From: Desulfocapsa sulfexigens DSM 10523
GTDB taxonomy: Bacteria > Desulfobacterota > Desulfobulbia > Desulfobulbales > Desulfocapsaceae
DNA length: 32,000 nt
Assembly: GCF_000341395.1 (NCBI RefSeq)
Contig: NC_020304.1
Span: 990,001 to 1,022,000 of the forward strand
Reading direction: 5' to 3'
Shown piece by piece: positions 1-7,780 of the stretch (position 1 is its first letter; every line of letters starts with the position of its first letter). The notes under the pieces are model-generated. The model had not been told where the DNA came from. It saw only the letters and a program-made list of their open reading frames with translations, and made no database searches. The translations under genes were made by a program, and so were the position numbers.

Positions 1-462
1 CTCACGCAGAACACACTCCCCTCTGTATTTGGACTCTTCATAGAAGTTATGAAAACCTTGCCCTTCCTGCAGCTGATCTTCCCGAAATTCTCCTCCCCAG
101 TCACCGCAGACAAAGGCGGTGGACACGTGATGGAGCCAGGCTCCACTGATCAGGGCCAGTTCTTTGATATGGCGCACACCTTCAATGTTTACGGCTCCAT
201 ACTCTTCAAGAGACTTGCCCTTGAAATCCGTTCGTGCAGCGAGATGAAAAATGCTGTCAACCTCCCGGCACAGTTGTTGCCATTCTTCGTCAGGCAAACC
301 CAGCAAGGGTTTACTTACATCCCCTGTCAGCCAGCGCAGCTGAGAGCTGTCTGGCTCTTCGGGATGACGACAAAGAGCTGTTACCCTCTGTCCCCGCGCC
401 AGAAGAAGATCAATTAAAGGACGGCCGATGATACCACTGCCCCCTGTCACCAGAACGGTCAT
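1..462 (-). CDS. NAD(P)-binding extended SDR, thioester-reductase/epimerase-like (N-terminal part only; 3' end lies beyond position 1)
   Basis: Absent from the ORF track because it is open at the window edge. The reverse complement from CAT at 460-462 reads MTVLVTGGSGIIGRPLIDLLLARGQRVTALCRH...SIFHLAARTDFKGKSLEEYGAVNIEGVRHIKELA...LHHVSTAFVCG...FYEESKYRGE. It has the Rossmann TGGSGxxG and the HLAA, NxxG and SKY blocks typical of NAD_binding_4/epimerase-type SDRs. Its ATG overlaps the stop of the upstream gene (ATGA, 459-462). The + strand ORFs 49-417 and 234-431 are shadows of it. Confidence 0.8.
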   Translation of the reverse strand, partial: MTVLVTGGSGIIGRPLIDLLLARGQRVTALCRHPEEPDSSQLRWLTGDVSKPLLGLPDEEWQQLCREVDSIFHLAARTDFKGKSLEEYGAVNIEGVRHIKELALISGAWLHHVSTAFVCGDWGGEFREDQLQEGQGFHNFYEESKYRGECVLRE

Positions 463-1700
463 GACAAATGCCCCTGACTGGCAGCTGCCTCGTTCCAGCG
501 TTTCTGCTGCTGAAGAGTCTCCTCGGCCGTGGGAATATGGTTGACCAGCCTTCGAATATTTGCCTCCATGGTGGCGATATAACCTTTCAGCAACTCCGGA
601 CCATTGGTCTTAAGATGCTTTGCTGCCCATCTATCACAATGACCGCAGCCTTCACAGCCGAGACGGCAATCCGGTTCCGTCCTGTGAAAATAATCAAGAA
701 AGCCAGACAGCTCATCATTTTCAAGACTAATTTCCAGAGGATCAAGCTTCGTCCCATCAGCCTGCTTTCGAAATTGCAGCCAGTGAGGCCAACCAAGCAA
801 GGCCAGCAAATTTCCCTTAAATTCTCCCTGCAGATAAAACCTGGCCCGATCTAACAACTCGCCACTCTCAAGTCCCCGTCCGGCAATCTTAAAATGATGG
901 AGTCCAATTTCTTCATAGAAATGCAGATCCTCAGGACGTACCCAGGGACTGCGCATAAACTCGCCGGGGTTTTTTAGTTTCTCCAGATAACACCAGTTAA
1001 GATAATACTGATTATAGGGATGACCACAACCGTCCTTGTGAATATGACCTCCAGAAGCGGCAGTGCAATAGTGATTAAATTTAAAATGACATTGATAGAG
1101 ACAGACCGGGTTCACAACAATCTCCAGATCGACCCTGCTCCCTGGCGTCACACGGCGCAAAAAACGAAAATCGCGATTCACCTCCACGTCGAGGACAATT
1201 CGACTGGCTCCAATCTCTTCAAACTGATTAATACCACGTTTGGCCCCCACATAGCCAATGGTGGAAACAACCACCTCGAGTTCCGGGAAGCTGCTCTTGA
1301 TAATATCCACAAGATATGGTGCTGTAACTGTAACGGATGCGACTCCACAATCACAAAGGAACTGCAACAGCTCCTCAAACTCCTGGCGCCCGTCATGGGT
1401 GTACTCAAAATTGGCGTAACTGGGGGAGTTAAGCAGGTAATTGAAGGCAATATCCTGATCGAGCGCCAGACGCACATGTTTTTGAAATTCTGATCTGCTG
1501 ATAAGAGGGAGATATTTAGCGGGCCGTGCAGAATGAAAAGAGCCGTGCTGAAAAGAACCGTAGAGTTCAAAGACCCTTCCGCCACTCTCGCTATAGCGGC
1601 TGTTGAGTTCAGCAAGATCAGTAATAAAACCATCGCTAAAGCTGGTGGGCAATGTTATGCGTCTCGAAGAGAGTACCTGACTGCTTTTTTTCTGTGTCAT
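459..1700 (-). CDS. U32-peptidase-like (collagenase-like TIM-barrel) protein with a Cys-rich C-terminus; family assignment tentative
   Basis: 413-aa ORF with an ATG start, 15 nt downstream of the cytochrome gene stop. The pattern AFNYLLNSP...GVASVTVTAPYLVDII...ELEVVVSTIG...GASRIVLDVEVNRD...LEIVVNPVCLYQCHFKFNHYC resembles the U32 family layout, but the canonical ExFxxG..C....GxC signature is not matched exactly. C-terminal cluster CRLGCEGCGHC. Confidence 0.8.
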   Translation of the reverse strand: MTQKKSSQVLSSRRITLPTSFSDGFITDLAELNSRYSESGGRVFELYGSFQHGSFHSARPAKYLPLISRSEFQKHVRLALDQDIAFNYLLNSPSYANFEYTHDGRQEFEELLQFLCDCGVASVTVTAPYLVDIIKSSFPELEVVVSTIGYVGAKRGINQFEEIGASRIVLDVEVNRDFRFLRRVTPGSRVDLEIVVNPVCLYQCHFKFNHYCTAASGGHIHKDGCGHPYNQYYLNWCYLEKLKNPGEFMRSPWVRPEDLHFYEEIGLHHFKIAGRGLESGELLDRARFYLQGEFKGNLLALLGWPHWLQFRKQADGTKLDPLEISLENDELSGFLDYFHRTEPDCRLGCEGCGHCDRWAAKHLKTNGPELLKGYIATMEANIRRLVNHIPTAEETLQQQKRWNEAAASQGHLS

Positions 1701-1715
1701 TCGATAGTAGGTCGC

Positions 1716-2681
1716 TCAAAAAGAATCCATGGCAAAAGGGTATGACCCTATCAATGTGGCCTTTTGCGTGGAGTGATGGAAACGGTACAGGTCAATGGAT
1801 AGATCGCGACTGTACTCCTTTTGAGGAAAAATCACTGCAAAGCTTTTCTCTTCTCCCGGGGCAAGTACTGAAGAAATATTAATTTTCTTCTTTTCAACCA
1901 CTGTTCCATCAGGCTGCCGCCAGCTGAGGACAACAAAAAGCTCCTTAGTACCATAGGTTCCCGTAGGTAAATCATGGGGCAGACTGTTTTTCAGCCTAAA
2001 ATGAATGGTGTCAGCTTCCATTGCATCCAACTGGATTTCAGGACCTGTTCCCTGCTCCGGCTGATTGGGCAGAATCAGATAATGACTGTACACCCTGTGA
2101 ACCGGCTCAAAGGACACCAGTATATTCGAAAAGGAATCTGTCCCCCTGGTATGGGGACGTTCAACGGAAACCCCATGGCATCCGTGACAGGTAGGATAAT
2201 GCTTCGTGGCTCCCAGGCTTCGCCATTGCTCATAGGTTTCTTCATGGCAGACCCCGCAGAGTTGCGACGAATCTTTCTTTGAATTGACCTTGGAATTTTT
2301 AGTTATGGCATGGGGGCTGAAGAGTGCTCCAGAGTCGTGGGGACCATGCATGGCCTGCTCATACAGATGACAGGAGATACAGGTAACTCCTTCTTCCCGG
2401 TTATAGCTGCGGGCCTCTCTTTCAGGATTCTGCACACTGCCTGGAGAATGGCAGAAAAGACATTCCTCCTCCTGGTACTGGTCGGACTGGAGTTTGAATT
2501 CAGGACTGACAAAGGCTCGGGCATGAGCAGTCTGTTGCCACTCTGCAAACTGCTCGACATGACAGGAGCCACACTCTTCAGCTGTGGGAGCATGACTATC
2601 CTGATTCCGCACCTCAGTCAGATGGCCAAAGCCACATGAGGTCATGATCAGACAAAGAATAAGAGTAACAAAGAAGCGCAT
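1716..2681 (-). CDS. pentahaem c-type cytochrome, probable lipoprotein
   Basis: Five CxxCH motifs (CGSCH, CLFCH, CISCH, CGVCH, CHGCH). N-terminal signal peptide ending in a lipobox-like LIMTSC. The haem-free C-terminal ~140 aa looks like a beta-sandwich domain. Confidence 0.9.
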   Translation of the reverse strand: MRFFVTLILCLIMTSCGFGHLTEVRNQDSHAPTAEECGSCHVEQFAEWQQTAHARAFVSPEFKLQSDQYQEEECLFCHSPGSVQNPEREARSYNREEGVTCISCHLYEQAMHGPHDSGALFSPHAITKNSKVNSKKDSSQLCGVCHEETYEQWRSLGATKHYPTCHGCHGVSVERPHTRGTDSFSNILVSFEPVHRVYSHYLILPNQPEQGTGPEIQLDAMEADTIHFRLKNSLPHDLPTGTYGTKELFVVLSWRQPDGTVVEKKKINISSVLAPGEEKSFAVIFPQKEYSRDLSIDLYRFHHSTQKATLIGSYPFAMDSF

Positions 2682-2790
2682 AACAACTCGATGTCCCGAA
2701 GGGATAATTTTTCAAATCATTTATCTGTCATGACTGTAAAGACATTTACCGCTAACTACAACTCTTTAATTGTCTCTATTCAGAGTTCCC

Positions 2791-3228
2791 TCAGCAAAAA
2801 GATATCGTCTCACCGGCCTTTGCCTCTCCACCCTGAATAACCCTGGCAAAGATACCTTCTTTGGGCATTATACAGTCCCCGGTTGCTTTTTTTATCACAC
2901 ACCCATCATTATGGCATTTCTTACCGATCTGAGTGATCTCAAGAATGATAGCAGTGCCAATCTGAATACTGTCTCCGACCGAGACCGATGACAAACCAAG
3001 CCCTCTGGTGATTATATTTTCTGCAAATGCACCATCTTTCAAAGAAGGCAGTTTCTCTTTCACTCTGTCAATACTTTCCCCAGCGAGCAGAGAAACCTGC
3101 CGATGCCACTTACCACCATGAGCATCACCCTCAATTCCAAATCCCTCCTGAAAGTTTGCAAGATCCACCGGCTTTTTCACCATTCCCTTTTTCCTGCTGA
3201 TACAAATTGCTTCAATGGTTGCCATCAT
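2791..3228 (-). CDS. MOSC domain-containing protein
   Basis: 145 aa. KKGMVKKPVDLANFQEGFGIEGDAHGGKWHRQVSLL... and the GD..I..G......I.QIGK.CH pattern are typical of small stand-alone MOSC proteins. GGAGG lies just upstream of the tandem ATGATG, and its spacing favours the second ATG at 3225. Confidence 0.85.
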   Translation of the reverse strand: MMATIEAICISRKKGMVKKPVDLANFQEGFGIEGDAHGGKWHRQVSLLAGESIDRVKEKLPSLKDGAFAENIITRGLGLSSVSVGDSIQIGTAIILEITQIGKKCHNDGCVIKKATGDCIMPKEGIFARVIQGGEAKAGETISFC

Positions 3229-3543
3229 TTTCCTCCGTCATTGATACATTGTTTTTTTATCGGCACCGACTCTTTAATTTTGTGTTTTCCAGAAACAACA
3301 CCATACCTCAAAGCATAGCTGATATCAGCCGGAACCACAAAACAAAAAATGACACATCGTGGTACCGCATGATCTTTGTATTAGAAATTCGGCTGATGGG
3401 GAGGAAGGGGAACCTAATCCTTTTAAATGAAGGTGTTCTCTGTCTGATCTGAAACTTTATCCAGTAAGCTGGAGTCAGTCGCTAATAGTGGCGACCAAAG
3501 CTCTCTATGTATTCAACACGAGATCAAGTGCCATTTTTTCACT

Positions 3544-6126
3544 CTACCCCGCTTTTGGAGTTACCGTTTTCTTCTGAACCAACACTTTGTGTAAACTCAT
3601 GCTAAGTGTTTTCACATCAAACGGTTTTGGCACACTGTCTTTAAACCCATATTGCTGACAATCTGACATCACAGGAGAATCAGCATACCCACTTGAAACA
3701 ATGGTAACCACTTCAGGATCAATGGCTTGCAACTCTGCAATTGTTTTCTCGCCCCCCATACCATCCTTAATGGTTAAATCCAGGATAACAGCATCAAACG
3801 GGTTCCCAGCGTCCAAAGCTTGAGAGTAACGCTTTATTGCCTGCTCACCGTTTTTCACTTGTTCCGTTTCGTACCCAAGTCGATTTAACATGGTTGAAAC
3901 CATATTAAGCAGGGCAATTTCATCATCCATAATAAGTATTTTACCGCTGCCCATTTTGGGTTTTTCTTCATTTTCCTTTACGACAATCTCACTACCACCC
4001 TTGGTAACGGCTGGCAGATAAATCGAAAAACATGTTCCTTTTTCTGCAGAGGATTTTACTTCAATATATCCGCCATGTTGTTTAATGATGGAGTGAACGA
4101 TGGACAGCCCCAAACCACTACCCTTTGTACTTCCTTTTTCTTTAGTTGAAAAATATGGATCAAAAATTTTATCTATGTGCTCCTCTGGAATGCCTGTTCC
4201 CGTATCCTGCATCTCCATACATACATACCTTTTCTGGGACTGTGATGGTGTTTGGGATCCTGGCCTGTGGTTGTAACAACTAATGGTTATGGTACCTTTC
4301 TCTCCCATTGATTCTACAGCATTCATCAGAACATTAGCTATGACCTGTCTGATCTGCTCTGGATCAATTTGTACAGTCCAGAGGTCATTAGCAAACAGAA
4401 ATTCAGAATGAATGGGACGACCTGACAGAATAAATGAAACGATATCAGGTAAAAAAATAGCCAAATCAATCGCTGATGTGACGGGCGAGCCTCCTTTTGA
4501 AAAGGTGCGTAACTGATTTGCTAGTATTGTCGCTCGTTGAGATGCGGATTTCGCCTCACCCAGTAATTCGTTCACATCGGAATTATCGATGGTGAGCATC
4601 TTGGCAAGTTCAATATTCCCCATGATGGCTGTTAAAAGATTATTGAAATCATGGGAAATACCTCCAGCCAAAACGCCGATTGCCTCAAGCTTTGTTACTT
4701 TTATTCGATCATCCTCAGCCTGAAGGCGATCTGTTATATCCCGGAATATAACAACACTGCCACGTTTGCCTCCCTTTGACTGCAAAGGAGTTCCCTTGAC
4801 TTCAACAGGAATAATAGACCCATCCCTATGAAGAAAGTAGTCTTTATCATCGGAGAAAGTACGACCTGCCATGTTTTCATTGAGCAAACGACATTCCCCG
4901 TACGTATCTATTACACCATTCTCTTTGTGACGATGAAACAATTCATGGGCATTTTTCCCCAGCAATTCACCGGGTGAATAACCGAGTTGTTTTTCCATTG
5001 CAGAGTTGATAAAGGTGATCTCTCCTTTCGCATTATTGACATACAATGCATCTCCCATATAGCGGGCAATGGCGCTCAAGCGTGCCTCATTGCGTTTGAG
5101 CTGCTCCACAGCCTGCTGTCGTTGCCAGACAAAAAAACCTAGGGCAAATACCAGCACTGTAAGTCCAAAAACTATTGCCCTGAACGTATTCCAGAGGGTG
5201 ACAATTTCATAGTTTTCCTCGTAGGAGAGAATATATGCAACCTGTTCTCCTTTGACGTTATGTAATGGCAACCCCGCAACGATGTAATTTTTATTCTGAT
5301 CCCCAATAAAAATAGAAAACCTTTTCTCATCTGCAATATTATTTTGTACCCCCTTGTTTTTAGCAAGAATGGGATTCAGGCGACGGGCAAGAGGGAAGAT
5401 CGGATTCTCTAAATCAAACCCGAGTATACGTAAGTCTTCAACAACGTACCCTGGATAAACCGACACTGGAGTATAAAACTCCCGCTCATCCGGAAAAGCC
5501 TTGGCCATAACCATGTCTTGTTTCTGTATAAAAAGATACTTATGCATCGGCGCAGCATCCGTCATTGCTTTTTGGATAGCTTTGAAGGGAACAGATGTTT
5601 CCACGCTGCCGACATGATTTCCCTTGTACTGCAAGGGGAAGACATACCGGAACCCACAGAATATCCTACCATTTTCAAAACCGAATATCGATTTATGGAG
5701 TGTGTTCACAAGACGAACCGATTCTCTGATGTCTGTTAATGAATCACCACATTTTTCCAGACGATGAAAACGAAGAAAACTCCTATTGTCGGGAAAATGA
5801 AAATGCAATTGACGAATATTGTTTTCTGCCAGGTGGGTGTAGGTTGGGTAGAGTAAGCGATATAATCTCCCTCGCAATATTGCCTGCCTTTCGGGGGACG
5901 CTTTATAGGCTTCGGCCACAAGTTCAAGCACTTCTCTCTTGTTGAGCACTTCATCGTACAAAGTTTCCGCATAGGTCTTATACAGATGAATAGTCGTTTT
6001 ATAGGTCGTTTCGAGCACGGAGGTGTGCCGTAGATAGACTTCCTGTTCCCTCTTTTTCCACGTGTGATAAATGCCGAAAAAAAGCACTGTATACAGTAAA
6101 ATTACCAGTGTTGTTATGCGCCACAT
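3544..6126 (-). CDS. hybrid sensor histidine kinase (TM, Cache-like periplasmic domain, TM, PAS, HisKA, HATPase_c, receiver)
   Basis: Cache-type block LHFHFPDNRSFLRFHRLEKCGDSL. PAS block ITFINSAMEKQLGYSPGELLGKN. H-box ISHDFNNLLTAIMGN. ATPase boxes NVLMNAVESM, DTGTGIPEE and GSGLGLS. C-terminal receiver ILIMDDE...AVILDLTIKDGMGG...SSGY. Starts 2 nt after the stop of the upstream binding-protein gene. Confidence 0.92.
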   Translation of the reverse strand: MWRITTLVILLYTVLFFGIYHTWKKREQEVYLRHTSVLETTYKTTIHLYKTYAETLYDEVLNKREVLELVAEAYKASPERQAILRGRLYRLLYPTYTHLAENNIRQLHFHFPDNRSFLRFHRLEKCGDSLTDIRESVRLVNTLHKSIFGFENGRIFCGFRYVFPLQYKGNHVGSVETSVPFKAIQKAMTDAAPMHKYLFIQKQDMVMAKAFPDEREFYTPVSVYPGYVVEDLRILGFDLENPIFPLARRLNPILAKNKGVQNNIADEKRFSIFIGDQNKNYIVAGLPLHNVKGEQVAYILSYEENYEIVTLWNTFRAIVFGLTVLVFALGFFVWQRQQAVEQLKRNEARLSAIARYMGDALYVNNAKGEITFINSAMEKQLGYSPGELLGKNAHELFHRHKENGVIDTYGECRLLNENMAGRTFSDDKDYFLHRDGSIIPVEVKGTPLQSKGGKRGSVVIFRDITDRLQAEDDRIKVTKLEAIGVLAGGISHDFNNLLTAIMGNIELAKMLTIDNSDVNELLGEAKSASQRATILANQLRTFSKGGSPVTSAIDLAIFLPDIVSFILSGRPIHSEFLFANDLWTVQIDPEQIRQVIANVLMNAVESMGEKGTITISCYNHRPGSQTPSQSQKRYVCMEMQDTGTGIPEEHIDKIFDPYFSTKEKGSTKGSGLGLSIVHSIIKQHGGYIEVKSSAEKGTCFSIYLPAVTKGGSEIVVKENEEKPKMGSGKILIMDDEIALLNMVSTMLNRLGYETEQVKNGEQAIKRYSQALDAGNPFDAVILDLTIKDGMGGEKTIAELQAIDPEVVTIVSSGYADSPVMSDCQQYGFKDSVPKPFDVKTLSMSLHKVLVQKKTVTPKAG

Positions 6127-6128
6127 AG

Positions 6129-7031
6129 TTAATGAAAATCCTTGCTCGGAATAATGACCCCCCGTAACTGATCTCGAATCACATCATAATCACTATCATG
6201 TGCGATTAAGGTACCATACCGAATACCCTGCCCCCACTCTTCCACAAGTTTACGGTGAGTTGGGTTATCCAGTGGCCGCAATTGGAGCAAGACGTTACGG
6301 AGTATTTCTATCTGCTTATCCGTAAGGGTTCTCTTATTTGCAACAAGCACAAATCCAGGCAAAGAAGCTGACTCAGCTAAGAATTGAAGGCCGAGATGTA
6401 CGTACTTTTTACCGATTGAGCTTTTTATACCACCAGCTTTAAATTCTCCACGAATAACCGCAAGAGCAACCTCTTGATGACTGCCCAGGTATTGGAAGTC
6501 AGTGTCATTGACAGACAATCCGACCTGCTGCAGGAGGTTGTCTGTACACAAGTAACCGCAGGTGGAGTGAGGTTGGGTCAGTGCCAGGCGTTGCTCTTTA
6601 AGAGCTGCTATGGATGTAAGTCCACTTTCAACCCCGGTAACAAGAGCACATGTATATGTCCCTTCACCCTGCTCATTAAGAAAGCGGACAACGGGTTCCG
6701 CATCCGGATATGTTTCACGTAATTGAACATAAGGAAGGGGACCAAGGATAACCAGATCTATCTCTTCGGTCTTGAATTTATCTAGAATTTCTTCGTAATT
6801 GCTAAAATATTTAACAGATAGATGCTGACCAAGAGGTTTCTCAAGAAAATGAAGCATGGGCATTATCTGCCTTATCACCTTTTCTTTCTGCTCCATGGGC
6901 AGGGGAGCAAAGAAAATTTCTCTGGCAACAGCCGGCATAGCACAGAGACACACCAGGAACAATAAAATATACACAAGAACGTATCGATTTCTCACTTGAT
7001 CCTTCCCCTCACTATCCCATAGTGACAACAT
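6129..7031 (-). CDS. PhnD/ABC-type periplasmic substrate-binding protein-like, co-transcribed with the sensor kinase
   Basis: 300 aa with an N-terminal signal/TM segment (YVLVYILLFLVCLCAMPAVA). FAPLPMEQ..., DLVILGPLPYV and HSTCGY blocks resemble phosphonate-type (PhnD family) binding proteins. No ABC permease or ATPase gene is adjacent. Confidence 0.75.
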   Translation of the reverse strand: MLSLWDSEGKDQVRNRYVLVYILLFLVCLCAMPAVAREIFFAPLPMEQKEKVIRQIMPMLHFLEKPLGQHLSVKYFSNYEEILDKFKTEEIDLVILGPLPYVQLRETYPDAEPVVRFLNEQGEGTYTCALVTGVESGLTSIAALKEQRLALTQPHSTCGYLCTDNLLQQVGLSVNDTDFQYLGSHQEVALAVIRGEFKAGGIKSSIGKKYVHLGLQFLAESASLPGFVLVANKRTLTDKQIEILRNVLLQLRPLDNPTHRKLVEEWGQGIRYGTLIAHDSDYDVIRDQLRGVIIPSKDFH

Positions 7032-7231
7032 ATATCAGTATATAAAGAAATAAACAGACAATAACAAAAACCAGAAGCAGGTAGAGTGATGCAACCACTT
7101 AAATTAGCGTTATTCACCTTGAGCTGCCATTGTTTACACAATATGGTAATAGATATCAATGCCATTCTTGAAAGAATATTTAACCTTATTACCACTAATC
7201 CTCAGCCTAACCGCCTGAGAAGGAGTTGTTT

Positions 7232-7318
7232 CGTGTTGATTATATGGGCATCTGCGGCCTGGACGGCCGCAGCAGAGCCCCCAGGGATGGGTTTATGGCG
7301 TCCCATATAATCGACACG
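7232..7318 (+). other. 87-nt highly structured intergenic element (17-bp closing stem plus inner hairpins); possible small RNA, leader or toxin-like mRNA fold
   Basis: CGTGTTGATTATATGGG (7232-7248) pairs with CCCATATAATCGACACG (7302-7318) at 17/17 positions if T7237-G7313 is read as a G-U wobble, which works only in a + strand transcript. Inner 8-bp hairpin CTGCGGCC-TGGAC-GGCCGCAG (7252-7272). AGGAG (7221-7225) lies 7 nt before GTG 7233, which opens a 25-codon ORF (to TAA 7308-7310) contained in the structure. Confidence 0.3.
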
Positions 7319-7368
7319 GAACAGCTCCGGGTTGCAAAGCTGAGTTTCGATGGTAATCGGGATATTTA

Positions 7369-7742
7369 ATTAAATAAATAACACTTGCCAGTAACATTGG
7401 GAAAACTCGCAACAATGAAGGTAAAGAGGCAATAAAAATGGCCAATGCTCTCTATCCTTCTTTGATTTTAATGGATATCAAATGCCCAAGATTGATCGTG
7501 CCATTACAATTGCAATGGCCCTACATCAAAATCTGATGGAAGTGAGAAGGTTAAACACCAATCTGCAAAAAGCCTTGGATGAAATCAAAATACTAAAAGG
7601 TGTTTTACCTATTTGCTGCTATTGCGGAGAAATACGCGATAATACAGAAGTAGAACCTGGTAAAGGTCCTTGGATTAGAATGGATGAATATATCAATAAA
7701 AGAACCAGTGCTGACGAAAAGTCTGTGCTCGGGGGCAGTTAA
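7369..7742 (+). pseudogene. decayed response-regulator-like gene (receiver fragment joined to an LPIC-x-x-C-x-x-IRD Cys-motif tail)
   Basis: One frame reads ...NEGKEAIKMANALYPSLILMDIK up to 7481. The receiver motif then continues as MPKID... in the next frame (ORF 7482-7742). Restoring one A in the AAA run 7480-7482 would join them as LILMDIKMPKID. The N-terminal acidic pocket and most of the receiver are missing. The tail has GVLPICCYCGEIRD...W.RMDEYI but lacks the usual terminal Cys pair. Confidence 0.5.
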
Positions 7743-7780
7743 TTTTTTTTCTTGAGTTAAAAAATCCTGTAAGGTGGCTT

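Noticed and set aside
49-431. Plus-strand ORFs 49-417 (122 aa) and 234-431 (65 aa)
   Set aside because: They lie antisense to a clearly recognisable minus-strand SDR gene (MTVLVTGGSGIIG...) that the track missed because it is open-ended. Their translations have no family features.
2725-2740. E. coli-type Pho-box-like CTGTCAT-GA-CTGTAAA upstream of the cytochrome gene
   Set aside because: The half-site spacing is 9 nt rather than 11, and the second half-site is degenerate. It is most likely a chance match that includes a GTCATGAC palindrome.
3229-3543. Possible Moco riboswitch in the 315-nt leader of the MOSC gene
   Set aside because: I read the minus-strand leader and could not recognise the conserved Moco-motif helices or sequence blocks. 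Only a 12-bp palindrome (GCTGATATCAGC, about 3318-3329) and a short hairpin were seen. A covariance-model scan is needed, so no claim is made.
7032-7130. Sigma-54 (GG-N10-GC) promoters upstream of the SBP/kinase operon, and in the spacers at 9653-10028 and 15467-15625
   Set aside because: Visual scanning found TGG and TTGC fragments but none with the correct GG-N10-GC spacing.
7300-7372. Resemblance to purine (CATATAATCG...) or c-di-GMP-I (…TTGCAAAGC…) riboswitches
   Set aside because: Only short fragments match. The purine-riboswitch loop and junction consensus and the GEMM-I GGCAAAC plus tetraloop/receptor layout are absent.
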